DNA of 64,000 nt, from positions 32,001 through 96,000 of IMG/VR virus record IMGVR_UViG_3300030104_005320, one strand, 5' to 3'. Position numbers and translations under genes: made by a program. This document shows, piece after piece, positions 28,327 through 38,274 of this stretch. The notes beneath the pieces were generated by a model that was given only the letters and a program-made list of their open reading frames with translations, was not told the DNA's origin and searched no databases. Origin of the DNA: a virus. How positions within the stretch are numbered: position 1 is the stretch's first letter; every line of letters starts with the position of its first letter.

Positions 28327-28514
28327 CCATGAATATAAACATATTAAAACAAAATCTAAGAACACTAAAGAAGGACTCTCAAAAAATACAAGAGCTGACG
28401 GGCAAAGAACCATCTGAAGATGGATATCTTATGCTAGGTATCAAAAATCTAGAACTAATCATAGGGAATATTATATTTAAAGACGCCATAAAGGAGTCTA
28501 ACCCCAACAAATAA
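28314..28514 (+). CDS. hypothetical protein
   Basis: Short ORF; likely starts at the internal ATG (MNINILKQ). Confidence 0.5.
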   Translation: MELLAMNINILKQNLRTLKKDSQKIQELTGKEPSEDGYLMLGIKNLELIIGNIIFKDAIKESNPNK

Positions 28515-28539
28515 GACTGAAGAAAGGAAACGTGATATT

Positions 28540-28935
28540 ATGACAAACGACCACATAGCTAGAATGAACATGAGAGAAAAATTCATCAAACAAAAAAAAT
28601 GCGAAAAATCAAATTGCTGTAGAACCACAACACGAGAAACGCTTCAAACCTACATTAGACTAGTGACTCAGTGGCATAAAGACAGAAATCTTATAGAAGG
28701 CAGCACAGATAAAGACCAAACTCTTAAATTAATGCAAGAACTTGGTGAACTTTCTGACTCCGTGTGTAAAAATAAAGACGTAAAAGACGACATTGGAGAC
28801 ATGTTGGTTGTTATGATAAATATAGCCGAAAGAAACGGCATTTCTTTAACGGACTGCCTAGAAACAGCTTGGAACGACATCAAGGACAGAAAAGGCAGGA
28901 TGGTTGATGGTATTTTCGTCAAAGAAGGCGATTAA
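28540..28935 (+). CDS. MazG-like nucleotide pyrophosphohydrolase
   Basis: KLMQELGEL...DDIGD......AWNDIKDRKG. Confidence 0.85.
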   Translation: MTNDHIARMNMREKFIKQKKCEKSNCCRTTTRETLQTYIRLVTQWHKDRNLIEGSTDKDQTLKLMQELGELSDSVCKNKDVKDDIGDMLVVMINIAERNGISLTDCLETAWNDIKDRKGRMVDGIFVKEGD

Positions 28936-28983
28936 AATGTGTACATAATAATGTCCCGATGTATTATTTATCAGGAGATTAAA

Positions 28984-29124
28984 ATGCCTATTCTAAAAGG
29001 CCGAATTGCAAGTTGGGTAAGAGAGCGAAAGCTCGTCAGACGTACCGCTTTAGTTGGTGGTATTGTCGTTGGGATTTACTATATTGGAGTCGCTGCTGGT
29101 TGGTGGCCCAATTTTCTTGCATAA
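28984..29124 (+). CDS. small membrane protein
   Basis: ATG 28984 after AGGAG; basic N-terminus plus TM helix. Confidence 0.55.
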   Translation: MPILKGRIASWVRERKLVRRTALVGGIVVGIYYIGVAAGWWPNFLA

Positions 29125-29169
29125 ATCAAAACCAAAAGGGAAAGGACTCCCTTACTTTAAGGACTTTGT

Positions 29170-30441
29170 ATGACCTCGATCTTTTCTGTTCCTAATGATA
29201 GAGTTTTCTACGCCTGTATAGGTGTCTTCTTTAGAGAAAGACAAACCACACAAACCGGAGGAGACAGCAATCTAAGCGGAACTATTTTTTTGGACGGTGT
29301 TCAATCTGTTGGAATAGATTCTTCATTTCCTAAAACTAGCTATTTAGACATTGGAAGAGCACAAAGAGTCCACTCTTCGTATGATAAACAAGAATTTACT
29401 ATAAATATTGAAAGAAATATACCATACGAAACCGGCAGGGCGGACGACGAGAATACTGGCACTTTCTACACTTCTGCCGGAACCAGCTATGAAGCTACCC
29501 ACATACTAAACGATGACAACATAGGATCTGCCGGTTTTGAAAACTCACTAAGAAACTATGACATAGTTTTAGTTTACGCACCAGACAGAATAGATACTTT
29601 GGGCGGAGGAACCTCTGGAAGCGATGTAGACAAGAATAAATTCATGGCAACTATTTATAGATGTTGTCTTCTAACCTCAATGTCATATAATATTGCTGTA
29701 AATGGCCCAGTAACAGAAACGCTAACATTTACTACAAGAGTTGCCAACCAGATTGATGCAAGCAGTTTAAACTGGTCAACTCTCTCACTACCAGATAATG
29801 GTGCCGCCGTTACTGGTAAAGTTCTTAAAAGAGATCATATAGATACTACAAATTCTGTTTTGCCAACAGAAGTTACTAGAATGTTTAATTTAGGAACATC
29901 TGACAAGGGGCTGCCGGTTTTAGGTCTCCAGAATATAGAGATAGCCGCTTCAATCAATTACAGCGACATGCTTGACGTGGGACAATGGAGAGGTTCTAAC
30001 TTGTCCGGGGGCTCTCTGTCTAAAGCTCTTACTAGTAATCCCGCCAAAACGATAACTGAATCCGCAGGCAGCGATGCCAAACGAGCGGAGGAAAATTTAT
30101 ATCGTCAAGTAATACTTCCCGTGGAAGTTACGGCTTCTTTTACCGGAGTAGCTAGAACACAATACAGAGCCGGTGGCTATCAAGATTTTGAGTTAGACAA
30201 CGACACATTTAGTGATACAGAAATAGCTATTGCGACATTGGCTCTAGCTGACGGAGGAACAAAAAGAGTGCAATGGAATTTAGGAAAAAAGAACTATTTA
30301 ACAGACATTAGTTATACAGGAGGAGACACAGGAGGAGGAAATGTGGAAGCGACATTATCTTTTCAAAATGACAGAAGCGATTTTGTCGTTTTAGAAAACG
30401 CAAGCGTTTTATCAATCGACCCCGGCTCTACAGTTTATTAA
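29170..30441 (+). CDS. putative tail tube-like structural protein with internal duplication
   Basis: Two related halves: GVQSVGI..S....LDIG / GLQNIEI..S....LDVG and LTSMSY....G.V.ETLTF / LTDISY......GNVEATLSF. Confidence 0.5.
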   Translation: MTSIFSVPNDRVFYACIGVFFRERQTTQTGGDSNLSGTIFLDGVQSVGIDSSFPKTSYLDIGRAQRVHSSYDKQEFTINIERNIPYETGRADDENTGTFYTSAGTSYEATHILNDDNIGSAGFENSLRNYDIVLVYAPDRIDTLGGGTSGSDVDKNKFMATIYRCCLLTSMSYNIAVNGPVTETLTFTTRVANQIDASSLNWSTLSLPDNGAAVTGKVLKRDHIDTTNSVLPTEVTRMFNLGTSDKGLPVLGLQNIEIAASINYSDMLDVGQWRGSNLSGGSLSKALTSNPAKTITESAGSDAKRAEENLYRQVILPVEVTASFTGVARTQYRAGGYQDFELDNDTFSDTEIAIATLALADGGTKRVQWNLGKKNYLTDISYTGGDTGGGNVEATLSFQNDRSDFVVLENASVLSIDPGSTVY

Positions 30442-30450
30442 AGGAATGAA

Positions 30451-31125
30451 ATGGCTAGAAAGCAAAAAAGAACAACTAGCAAAAAATCTCCAATTCGACC
30501 TTCTCGCAAAAAATTAAAACCTAAAACAGAAAACCAAGAAGAATATATCAGATCAATGGTTGAGTCAGATGTTACATTCTGCTCCGGCCCAGCGGGATCT
30601 GGTAAAACGGCAGTAGCTGTTGGACTGGCTTGTGAATACATGCTAGAAAACAAGATAGAAAAAATAATAATCACAAGACCCGTTGTAGAATCTGGTAGAG
30701 GTCTTGGCTTTTTACCCGGAACATTAACTGAAAAAGTGCAACCGTATCTTGTGCCTATAACTGAAGAAATGAAGCTATATTTAGGCAGAGACACATACAA
30801 CTCAATGAGGTCAATAAACGCTATTGAAATTTGTCCTCTTGAATATATGAGAGGTAGAAACTTTCATAACTCTTTTATGATATTAGACGAAGCTCAAAAC
30901 GCGACTTTCGAGCAAATAAAAATGTTCTTAACGAGAATAGGGCTTGGATCAAAGGCTGTAATCAACGGAGACCTAGATCAAACAGACCTACGCGGGGAAT
31001 CTGGCGGCCTAGACTGCTGTATGTCTAGATTGTCCGGCCTAAGAGGGCTGGCCATATGTGAACTAGACCAGTCTGATATCGTTCGCAACGGAATAATATC
31101 TAGTATTTTAGACAGACTTCGCTAA
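30451..31125 (+). CDS. phoH: PhoH-family ATPase
   Basis: GPAGSGKT, LGFLPG, YMRGRNF, DEAQN, GDLDQTDL. Confidence 0.95.
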   Translation: MARKQKRTTSKKSPIRPSRKKLKPKTENQEEYIRSMVESDVTFCSGPAGSGKTAVAVGLACEYMLENKIEKIIITRPVVESGRGLGFLPGTLTEKVQPYLVPITEEMKLYLGRDTYNSMRSINAIEICPLEYMRGRNFHNSFMILDEAQNATFEQIKMFLTRIGLGSKAVINGDLDQTDLRGESGGLDCCMSRLSGLRGLAICELDQSDIVRNGIISSILDRLR

Positions 31126-31224
31126 ATTTTAGTGCGATAAAAGGTCTTATTTGATATAATAAATACAACTATGGAGCTAGGGGTTTGGTTCTTAGCTCCA
31201 TTATTTAAATTTGAAAGGAAAACA

Positions 31225-31572
31225 ATGCCTCTTTATGATTTTGAGTGCGAGCCTTGTGCCTATTACACAGAAATAAGACAGTCTATGGAAGGCCCAAGCA
31301 GTCTTGAATGCCCGGTCTGCGGACAAGAAACTTTAAAAAAAGTTTTTATAAACGCTCCTCATTGTTATGTTAGAGGAGAGTCCGCGACAATAGGACAAAT
31401 AGCAGACAGAAACACAGAAAAAATGGGCCTATATGAAAAACAAGAAAAGACCGCAAAAGACAAAAATGGAAAAGGCTTAACTACAGAACAAAAAGAAAAA
31501 AGAAAACAGCACCAAAAAATTGTATCTATGACCCCAGAACAAAAGATGAAGTGGATAAGAGAGGGTGATTAA
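31225..31572 (+). CDS. FmdB-family zinc ribbon protein
   Basis: MPLYDFECEPC...CPVCG; ATG 31225 after GAAAGGA. Confidence 0.85.
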   Translation: MPLYDFECEPCAYYTEIRQSMEGPSSLECPVCGQETLKKVFINAPHCYVRGESATIGQIADRNTEKMGLYEKQEKTAKDKNGKGLTTEQKEKRKQHQKIVSMTPEQKMKWIREGD

Positions 31573-31835
31573 TGGCTAATAGACCTAAAATTATAGACAG
31601 GCAGCACAGCTCTACAAGCGTAGAAAGAAGTAAAAAGCCGCACATAGCGATAGTGACCATGAAAATAGATATTAGAGCGATGGAGTCAGATGGAACGCTA
31701 GACAACTATGTAATGGGAGAAAAGGAACTCAGAAAATATGGAATGTCCACAAAGGCACAGATAGCAATAAACGGCAAAGATGAAGCCGTATGTATTAAAA
31801 AACTAAAAGAATTATTGGAGAGATTAAATGGGTAG
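31572..31835 (+). CDS. hypothetical protein
   Basis: Coupled ORF. Confidence 0.6.
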   Translation: MANRPKIIDRQHSSTSVERSKKPHIAIVTMKIDIRAMESDGTLDNYVMGEKELRKYGMSTKAQIAINGKDEAVCIKKLKELLERLNG

Positions 31836-32181
31836 AGGAGAAAGAGAAGATATTTCAGGTCTTAATTTGCCAGATCCGGAAAAACCTGACATTATTTTTC
31901 TTGGCCTAAAAGGGGAGCAAACAGAAGAAAAAAAAGCTCTAGCGAAATGTGTCACAGTAAACAATGGATATGATAATACTTCAGTACAGTGCTTTATCAG
32001 AATGGGAAGAGGAGAAATAATCGACCCTTATGAGATAGACTTTGGATATACCAACAAAAAGCTAGCGTCGTTGAAGTTTAAGAAGGTTTCAAAAAAAGCA
32101 TTTGATAATTATACAAAATATTTAAAGTGCAAAAACAGATTATATTTTACTAAAGCCAGAAGGCTTGCAATGGAGTATTGA
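31828..32181 (+). CDS. hypothetical protein
   Basis: Coupled ORF with GGAGAG RBS. Confidence 0.65.
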   Translation: MGRGEREDISGLNLPDPEKPDIIFLGLKGEQTEEKKALAKCVTVNNGYDNTSVQCFIRMGRGEIIDPYEIDFGYTNKKLASLKFKKVSKKAFDNYTKYLKCKNRLYFTKARRLAMEY

Positions 32182-32518
32182 TATGAAGAAAACTAAAAAA
32201 GGACCGCTGTCCAAAAAAGAAAAAGCGTTTATTCAAAAAAATATAAAATTAAACACTATAGATGAACTAGCAGAGTCGATCTCTAGATCTAGCTCTGTTG
32301 TAGAAAAATTTGCAAAAACTTTACCGTCTGCGGTGACTACGAATACAAAAAATGATGACGGACCAACTGCGTCTAATCTCTATGCAAAAAATGAGGAACG
32401 AGGAGTTACTGTAATGACTGAAACGGCTTCGATGGCCGCAGATGAAAGCAAAAGAAAAAGAAAAAGCGGTCAAAGCCCAGAACGATACACTAAATGCATT
32501 CATAAGATTAAAGAATAA
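32165..32518 (+). CDS. hypothetical protein, possible HTH
   Basis: LSKKEKAFI...TIDELAESISRSSSVV HTH-like segment. Confidence 0.55.
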   Translation: MQWSIDMKKTKKGPLSKKEKAFIQKNIKLNTIDELAESISRSSSVVEKFAKTLPSAVTTNTKNDDGPTASNLYAKNEERGVTVMTETASMAADESKRKRKSGQSPERYTKCIHKIKE

Positions 32519-33024
32519 TGATTTGTACTAATTTTGATGGATATATGAAAGAGCTATGTCATCGAGATTTGATGATTAGCTGGAAGATAACATTAACAGA
32601 TAACACCATTGTGTATGGCGACTACGATAGGCCAGACCATGAAAACGCTTGGTTTAGACTAAAAGAACACTGTGAACAAAATGACGTTGTTCCAAAAAAA
32701 GTTGAGCTTTACATGTTTGGTGCTGAACATAAAGTTTTTTTTGAAGATGCTGACGGTCTTGACGGGATATGTGTTTTAAGAGGATTGGCTAAAGAGCAGA
32801 CAATGGACGGCGGCCATTCACAATCCTACCAAACTTTGACTGTCTTGCATCTAAATAAATCGTGCGAAGAAATTAACGTTGCCAAATATACTTGGCCAGA
32901 TAATGAATTTGAACAAAAAAGCTCTGTCAGAGGGCTATCTTATCAAAATTTGAAGAATATGATTTTTAAAAATGAATCAAAAAAACTCAAACATCCGAAA
33001 GTACAAGAGCATCTCAACGGGTAG
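32518..33024 (+). CDS. hypothetical protein
   Basis: Coupled ORF. Confidence 0.65.
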   Translation: MICTNFDGYMKELCHRDLMISWKITLTDNTIVYGDYDRPDHENAWFRLKEHCEQNDVVPKKVELYMFGAEHKVFFEDADGLDGICVLRGLAKEQTMDGGHSQSYQTLTVLHLNKSCEEINVAKYTWPDNEFEQKSSVRGLSYQNLKNMIFKNESKKLKHPKVQEHLNG

Positions 33025-33457
33025 TGATTGCACTGCTTCTCAGTATATTGCAGAACTAGTATGCATGAGACACGCCGAAAAAGAAAACAAAGGCAGTCTT
33101 GAATACAAATTTTGGAACAACTCTAAAAATGAATACTACACTACACAAGTAAGAGTAGCTTCTAAGCTAATAAAAAAATACGGAGAGGAAGCGGTTCTAC
33201 ATTATCTAAAAAGCCCCGGCGGAAAAAATGTTTATTCGCTAGGGTTTTTGCATAGTTCTAAAAAATTTGTTTTAACTTTGAAATTTGTTGAGCAGGGAAT
33301 AAAAAAATCAAAGACAATAGTAGACAAAGAAAAGGCAAAGCCTAAAAAAGTAATTGAAGTGCAGAAAGATCTTGAATACAAACCGCGAAAATCCAAAGCA
33401 CCGAATTCATTAATGTCAAAATTGAGGAAGCTAGATGGCAAAGAAAAAAACAAATAA
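32972..33457 (+). CDS. hypothetical basic protein
   Basis: ORF in the replication operon. Confidence 0.65.
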   Translation: MNQKNSNIRKYKSISTGSDCTASQYIAELVCMRHAEKENKGSLEYKFWNNSKNEYYTTQVRVASKLIKKYGEEAVLHYLKSPGGKNVYSLGFLHSSKKFVLTLKFVEQGIKKSKTIVDKEKAKPKKVIEVQKDLEYKPRKSKAPNSLMSKLRKLDGKEKNK

Positions 33458-34523
33458 CTCTAAATCGATTGATCAGCTTTTTGATAAATACTCTGAGCTA
33501 ATTCATACAGGCACTGAAATATTAAAACAACGTAGCAATTTCAAAATTATTTCAGTTAGTCCAGCAATAGATCTAGCTTTGGGGGGCGGCATCAGAGAAG
33601 GTAGTTGGCTAACACTCACGGGCGATCCCAAAAGCGGCAAAACCACCACCGCGATGCAAATAGCGGCAAACTGCCAAAAAGAAGGGAGAAAAGTTATATA
33701 TCTAGACGTAGAAGGACGACTCAAAGGTATGAACTTTGAAGTGCCCGACCTAAATCCTGACATGATGACCGTCGTGGCACCAGAAAATGAACCTATATCA
33801 GCAGAGTCATTTTTGAAAATAGCCTACGAGATGATGACCCATAAAGACTACGAGGGTGCAGTCCTCATTATAGATTCTATATCTTCTCTCATGCCAGAAA
33901 AAGAATTAGATGGGGATTTTAGTCCCGGTAGAGCCGGTCTACCCAAGATCTTGTCTATCTTTACAAAAAAGATTGGACAATTGCTGCCACGACAGAAAGG
34001 GCTTGTCATAGCTATTACCCACTACATAGCCAATACTGCCGGTTTTGGTAAAGCCAAGCTTTCAGACGGTGGCAATAAAATTCAATATCAAGCAGACACT
34101 AGAATGGAGATAGCGGGAGGCGGCGAAAAAGTTTCTGCGGTAACACCTTGGACGAACAGTGCAAAGACCGAACGCATCGGCCAAATCGTCAATTGGAAAA
34201 TCATATGCTCGTCTCTTGGGGCACCGGGAGGACAGGTGCAGAGCTATATTCGCTATGGACATGGCATTGACAAGGTTCAGGAACTTCTAATGCTTTCATG
34301 CGACTTAGGGTTAATCGATCCTCGCGGATCTTGGTTTAGTCTTCCGTTTATGAATATGTGCAAGGATGTAGCGAAAGAAATAAAACCAGAGCTAAATACA
34401 GACGATGACGATGTTGTTACGGCTGCGTTTAAATTTCAAGGACAAGATAAAGTATACAACTTCTTAAATGACAATCCAAAGCTTATCGGCTTTCTAGAGA
34501 AGTCTATAAAGGAAATGCTGTGA
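33435..34523 (+). CDS. recA: RecA/UvsX-like recombinase
   Basis: SPAIDLALGGG, GDPKSGKTT (Walker A), YLDVEG, IIDSIS, GGNKIQY..D. Confidence 0.85.
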   Translation: MAKKKTNNSKSIDQLFDKYSELIHTGTEILKQRSNFKIISVSPAIDLALGGGIREGSWLTLTGDPKSGKTTTAMQIAANCQKEGRKVIYLDVEGRLKGMNFEVPDLNPDMMTVVAPENEPISAESFLKIAYEMMTHKDYEGAVLIIDSISSLMPEKELDGDFSPGRAGLPKILSIFTKKIGQLLPRQKGLVIAITHYIANTAGFGKAKLSDGGNKIQYQADTRMEIAGGGEKVSAVTPWTNSAKTERIGQIVNWKIICSSLGAPGGQVQSYIRYGHGIDKVQELLMLSCDLGLIDPRGSWFSLPFMNMCKDVAKEIKPELNTDDDDVVTAAFKFQGQDKVYNFLNDNPKLIGFLEKSIKEML

Positions 34524-34927
34524 AGATAACTGGATTAGATGGCAGAGAGTACAGTTGGAACCCTTCTGCCAAACAATCTAAAACTAATAACAGATCAAAT
34601 CTTCATGTTAAAGCTAGAGATTTGTTGAAACAGGTCTTTCCTTATGATAGAATCTTAGAAGAGGTCACTTTAGTAGGAACGAATAACGGCACAAGAAAGG
34701 GAACTTTGCGTGCAGATTTTTTTATTCCTAACAGGAACTTGATTATAGAAGTTCATGGAGAGCAGCACTTTAAGTTTAATGGATTTTTCTTCAAGGATAA
34801 ACTTTCTTTTTTCAGGGCCAAGGCTAGAGACAGAGACAAAAAACAATGGTGTGCTATTAACGAAATAAACATTATAGAATTTAATTATGACGAGGATATA
34901 GATGAGTGGCGAACAAAAATTGAATGA
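34520..34927 (+). CDS. PD-(D/E)XK endonuclease (DUF559/Vsr-like)
   Basis: LRADFFIP...IEVHGEQHF....RDRDKKQWC. Confidence 0.8.
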   Translation: MKITGLDGREYSWNPSAKQSKTNNRSNLHVKARDLLKQVFPYDRILEEVTLVGTNNGTRKGTLRADFFIPNRNLIIEVHGEQHFKFNGFFFKDKLSFFRAKARDRDKKQWCAINEINIIEFNYDEDIDEWRTKIE

Positions 34928-35363
34928 GTTTCTTGAGGCTGTAGATAGCTGGATAAACTCAAAGACACTAGCCCAAATAGATCCTCCTGATAATATTAGC
35001 AGTATTTTAAATTTAAGATCTGAAGATATGAAAAGGCTAAGTAGCCAAGATTGTATATGCTATGCTTACGAACTATATGCTTATGCTGAATATGTCGAAG
35101 GAGAAAAGGTTAAAGAAAATATAATATTAGATTGGGCAGAATCTAGTATTTGGTATATAATATCTACAGCGTTGCCTCAATACGGAGACAAGTACACAAA
35201 GTGGCAAGAAAAATATTATGCGGCAGTAAAAGAAAACCCTCTAGCAAGCGATATATTTAAAATAAAAAATCATGCTGAAGCTAGAGTCAATATTTTAAAA
35301 AATAGATGCAAAACAATTCATAGCATGGCAGAATTATTGAATAACCTATCCAGAAGGAGATAA
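34902..35363 (+). CDS. helical hypothetical protein (possible recombination mediator)
   Basis: All-helical 153 aa near recA; function inferred only from context. Confidence 0.5.
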   Translation: MSGEQKLNEFLEAVDSWINSKTLAQIDPPDNISSILNLRSEDMKRLSSQDCICYAYELYAYAEYVEGEKVKENIILDWAESSIWYIISTALPQYGDKYTKWQEKYYAAVKENPLASDIFKIKNHAEARVNILKNRCKTIHSMAELLNNLSRRR

Positions 35364-35364
35364 A

Positions 35365-35820
35365 ATGTCTAAAGAAGATGTTAAGAATCTTTTGAAAGAG
35401 ATTATAAAAACCCAAGATCCAGATCTAATTAAACTGGCCACAGAGATGCTTATGTCTTCACAAGATGACAAAGGGCCAAAAGCTCCAGAGGCCCAGTATG
35501 GAGACTCACCTCCTCCTGACGCTACGACATATTCGAGATCGGATGACTCTGAATTTCTTTCTAAAATAAAGAAAGAGAAAACAAATGGAGAAGTGGCGGG
35601 TGTTCCTGTTAATAAAATGCCAAGAGAAAACAAATTCGTAGACCATGGCACAGAACACAAAGACGATCAAAATTCAACTCCTAAAGTAGAACTAACAGAG
35701 AGAAAGCGTCCAGCGTTTAAGAAGATAAAACAAACATGTACAAGATGTGGTGAAACTTTTGAAACTCACCCGCAATTCAAACGAGACTTTTATATTTGTG
35801 ACCGATGCCTAAAAAGATAA
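35365..35820 (+). CDS. hypothetical protein with C-terminal Zn ribbon
   Basis: CTRCG...YICDRC. Confidence 0.65.
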   Translation: MSKEDVKNLLKEIIKTQDPDLIKLATEMLMSSQDDKGPKAPEAQYGDSPPPDATTYSRSDDSEFLSKIKKEKTNGEVAGVPVNKMPRENKFVDHGTEHKDDQNSTPKVELTERKRPAFKKIKQTCTRCGETFETHPQFKRDFYICDRCLKR

Positions 35821-37292
35821 AAAGACAATTAGAAGACCTAGCTGCCGAAAGAGCCGTTCTTTCTGCTTTGTGTCAACACGGACTAGACGCATATCTAGAA
35901 ATAGATTTTGTTGATTCTTCGCATTTCACGGATGCTATGAATCAGCTCATATTTGAATGTGTATACAGGTCTATTTCAGAAAATACAAAGGTAGAGCTTT
36001 CATCTATTCTATCTGCCGCAAATGATCTTGGTGTTTCCGACCAAATAAACACTAAAGATGAAATAGGATTTATCAGATCTCTTTTTAACTTTCCTATACA
36101 CAAAGAAAATGTAGGCACGCACGCAGCCAAAATAGCCAAATTAAAATTAGCTAGAGACCTGAAAAAGACTTTAAAGATATGTGAAAAAGATCTAGATTCT
36201 ATCACCGGAGACGAGGATGTGATGGATCTTGTTGCTAAGATTGAAGAGCCTTTACTAGAGGCAACAGGAGATGTTTACCAGTCTTCTAGTAAAAAAACAG
36301 AGCTTATTGGAGAAGACATCGATGGCTATGTGGAACATCTTTGCGAGAACGTGTCTGATTTTGCCGGAATCCCAAGTGGTTTTGACAGATTTGATATAGC
36401 AATTGGCGGTGGCTTAAGAAGAAAATGTGTGGACCTAGTGGCGGCTAGACCAAAGGTGGGTAAGTCCATGTTCGGAGATGCGGTTGCTATGCATGTTTCT
36501 GGCCAACTGGACATACCAGTCTTAATGCTAGATACCGAGATGTCAAAAGAAGACCATCTACATAGAATATTGGCGAATCTATCCGGTGTAGAGATTAACA
36601 AAATATCAACCGGCAAGTTTTCAGAAAACGCTATAGAGCTAGAAAAAATAAACGAAGCCAAAGAAAAACTTAAAGACATTCCATATCACTATATTAGTAT
36701 CGCTGGAGAATCTTTTGAAAACATTCTAAGCCAGATGAGAAAGTGGATATATCAACATGTAGGATTTGACGAAAATGGACAGACTAAAGACTGTCTCATT
36801 GTATACGATTACTTAAAGCTGATGGGATCTGAAGGTATAAATGCTTCTATGCAAGAGTATCAAGTGCTTGGTTTTCAAATAACTAAACTGCACAACTTTT
36901 GTGTTAAGTACGATGTTCCTTGTTTATCTTTTGTGCAGCTTAACAGGGACGGAATCACAAAAGAATCTACAGATGTTGTTTCGGGTTCTGACAGGCTGAT
37001 TTGGCTTTGCACAAGCTTTTCAATTTTTAAACTTAAATCAGAAGAAGAGATAATTACCGATGGTGCGGATCATGGAAATAGAAAATTAGTTCCCGTCGTG
37101 GCTAGGCATGGAGAAGGGCTGGACGATGGCGATTACGTTAGTATGAAAATGTTTGGTAAATATGGGAGAATCGTCGAGGGAAACACCCGAAACGAAATAC
37201 ACAACAATGCAAGATCAAGAGAAGAAGGATTTGAAACCGATGAAGACATTGGAACAGAATCAGATATCAGCAATATGCAACGAGATGCTTGA
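35805..37292 (+). CDS. dnaB: DnaB-like replicative helicase
   Basis: AERAVLS, GIPSGF..FD, AARPKVGKS, DTEM, VYDYL, VQLNR. Confidence 0.92.
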   Translation: MPKKIKRQLEDLAAERAVLSALCQHGLDAYLEIDFVDSSHFTDAMNQLIFECVYRSISENTKVELSSILSAANDLGVSDQINTKDEIGFIRSLFNFPIHKENVGTHAAKIAKLKLARDLKKTLKICEKDLDSITGDEDVMDLVAKIEEPLLEATGDVYQSSSKKTELIGEDIDGYVEHLCENVSDFAGIPSGFDRFDIAIGGGLRRKCVDLVAARPKVGKSMFGDAVAMHVSGQLDIPVLMLDTEMSKEDHLHRILANLSGVEINKISTGKFSENAIELEKINEAKEKLKDIPYHYISIAGESFENILSQMRKWIYQHVGFDENGQTKDCLIVYDYLKLMGSEGINASMQEYQVLGFQITKLHNFCVKYDVPCLSFVQLNRDGITKESTDVVSGSDRLIWLCTSFSIFKLKSEEEIITDGADHGNRKLVPVVARHGEGLDDGDYVSMKMFGKYGRIVEGNTRNEIHNNARSREEGFETDEDIGTESDISNMQRDA

Positions 37293-38274
37293 CAAGCTGC
37301 CGTCTATACTGGCCTACTTTGATATAGATTATGTTGAGTATCCTAATAGATATGCGTTTGCTTGTCCGGTTCACGGTGGAGACAATCCAGAAGCTTGTTG
37401 TATTTTTACAGACGGGATGACAAATAAAGGAAACTGGTCTTGTTGGACACAGCACTGTGAAGAAGAGTTTGCAAATAACTTATTCGGATTTGTGAGAGGG
37501 TGTCTTTCTCAAAAAAGAGATAAAATCGTTTCCATGAATGAGACTGCTGCGTTTTGTTCTAATTTTTTGAATAAATCTATTGATGATATAGAGTATTCAG
37601 AATCCAAAAAACCAAAATTAAAAGCGATTGAAGTATTCAATAGAAAACTAGAAAGAAAGCCCGGACAAATAAGCCGAGGCGACATAAGAAACAAAATTCA
37701 AATACCAGCAGAATACTATATCAACAGAGGGTATACAAAAGAGGTTTTAGATTTGTTTGATGTAGGAAAATGTTTTTCTAAAAATCAACCAATGTCAGGA
37801 AGAATTGTGGTTCCTGTATACGATGAAGACTATAACTATGTAGGATGTGTTGGCAGGTCTACACAAGAGTCAATGAAGCCTAAATGGCTGCACAGCAAAG
37901 GATTTAAAAAATCTGTATTATACGGACTAAACATTGCAAAAAATCACATTTTAGAAACCTCCACCGCGATGCTGGTCGAAGGACAAGGAGATGTGTGGAG
38001 AATGCATGAAGCCGGAATTAAAAACTGTGTTGGGATTTTTGGTGCTAGTATAAACGAAGATCAATTAATGCTACTAGAGCAGTCAGGAGCGTTAAACTTG
38101 GTGATATTAACAGATTCTGACGAAGCGGGAAACAAGGCTTACGATCAAATAATTAAAATATGCGGAAGAAGATTTAATTACTATCGCCCCTCTATATCTA
38201 AAAAGGATGTTGGCGACATGACAATAGAACAAATAAAAGAAGAACTTTATCCTCAGTTGAAAGGAATTTTTTAA
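37240..38274 (+). CDS. dnaG: DNA primase (CHC2 Zn finger plus TOPRIM)
   Basis: CPVHGGDN...C....C, RIVVPV, VGR, LVEGQGDV, DSDEAG; start probably ATG 37240 rather than 37153. Confidence 0.88.
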   Translation: MKTLEQNQISAICNEMLDKLPSILAYFDIDYVEYPNRYAFACPVHGGDNPEACCIFTDGMTNKGNWSCWTQHCEEEFANNLFGFVRGCLSQKRDKIVSMNETAAFCSNFLNKSIDDIEYSESKKPKLKAIEVFNRKLERKPGQISRGDIRNKIQIPAEYYINRGYTKEVLDLFDVGKCFSKNQPMSGRIVVPVYDEDYNYVGCVGRSTQESMKPKWLHSKGFKKSVLYGLNIAKNHILETSTAMLVEGQGDVWRMHEAGIKNCVGIFGASINEDQLMLLEQSGALNLVILTDSDEAGNKAYDQIIKICGRRFNYYRPSISKKDVGDMTIEQIKEELYPQLKGIF

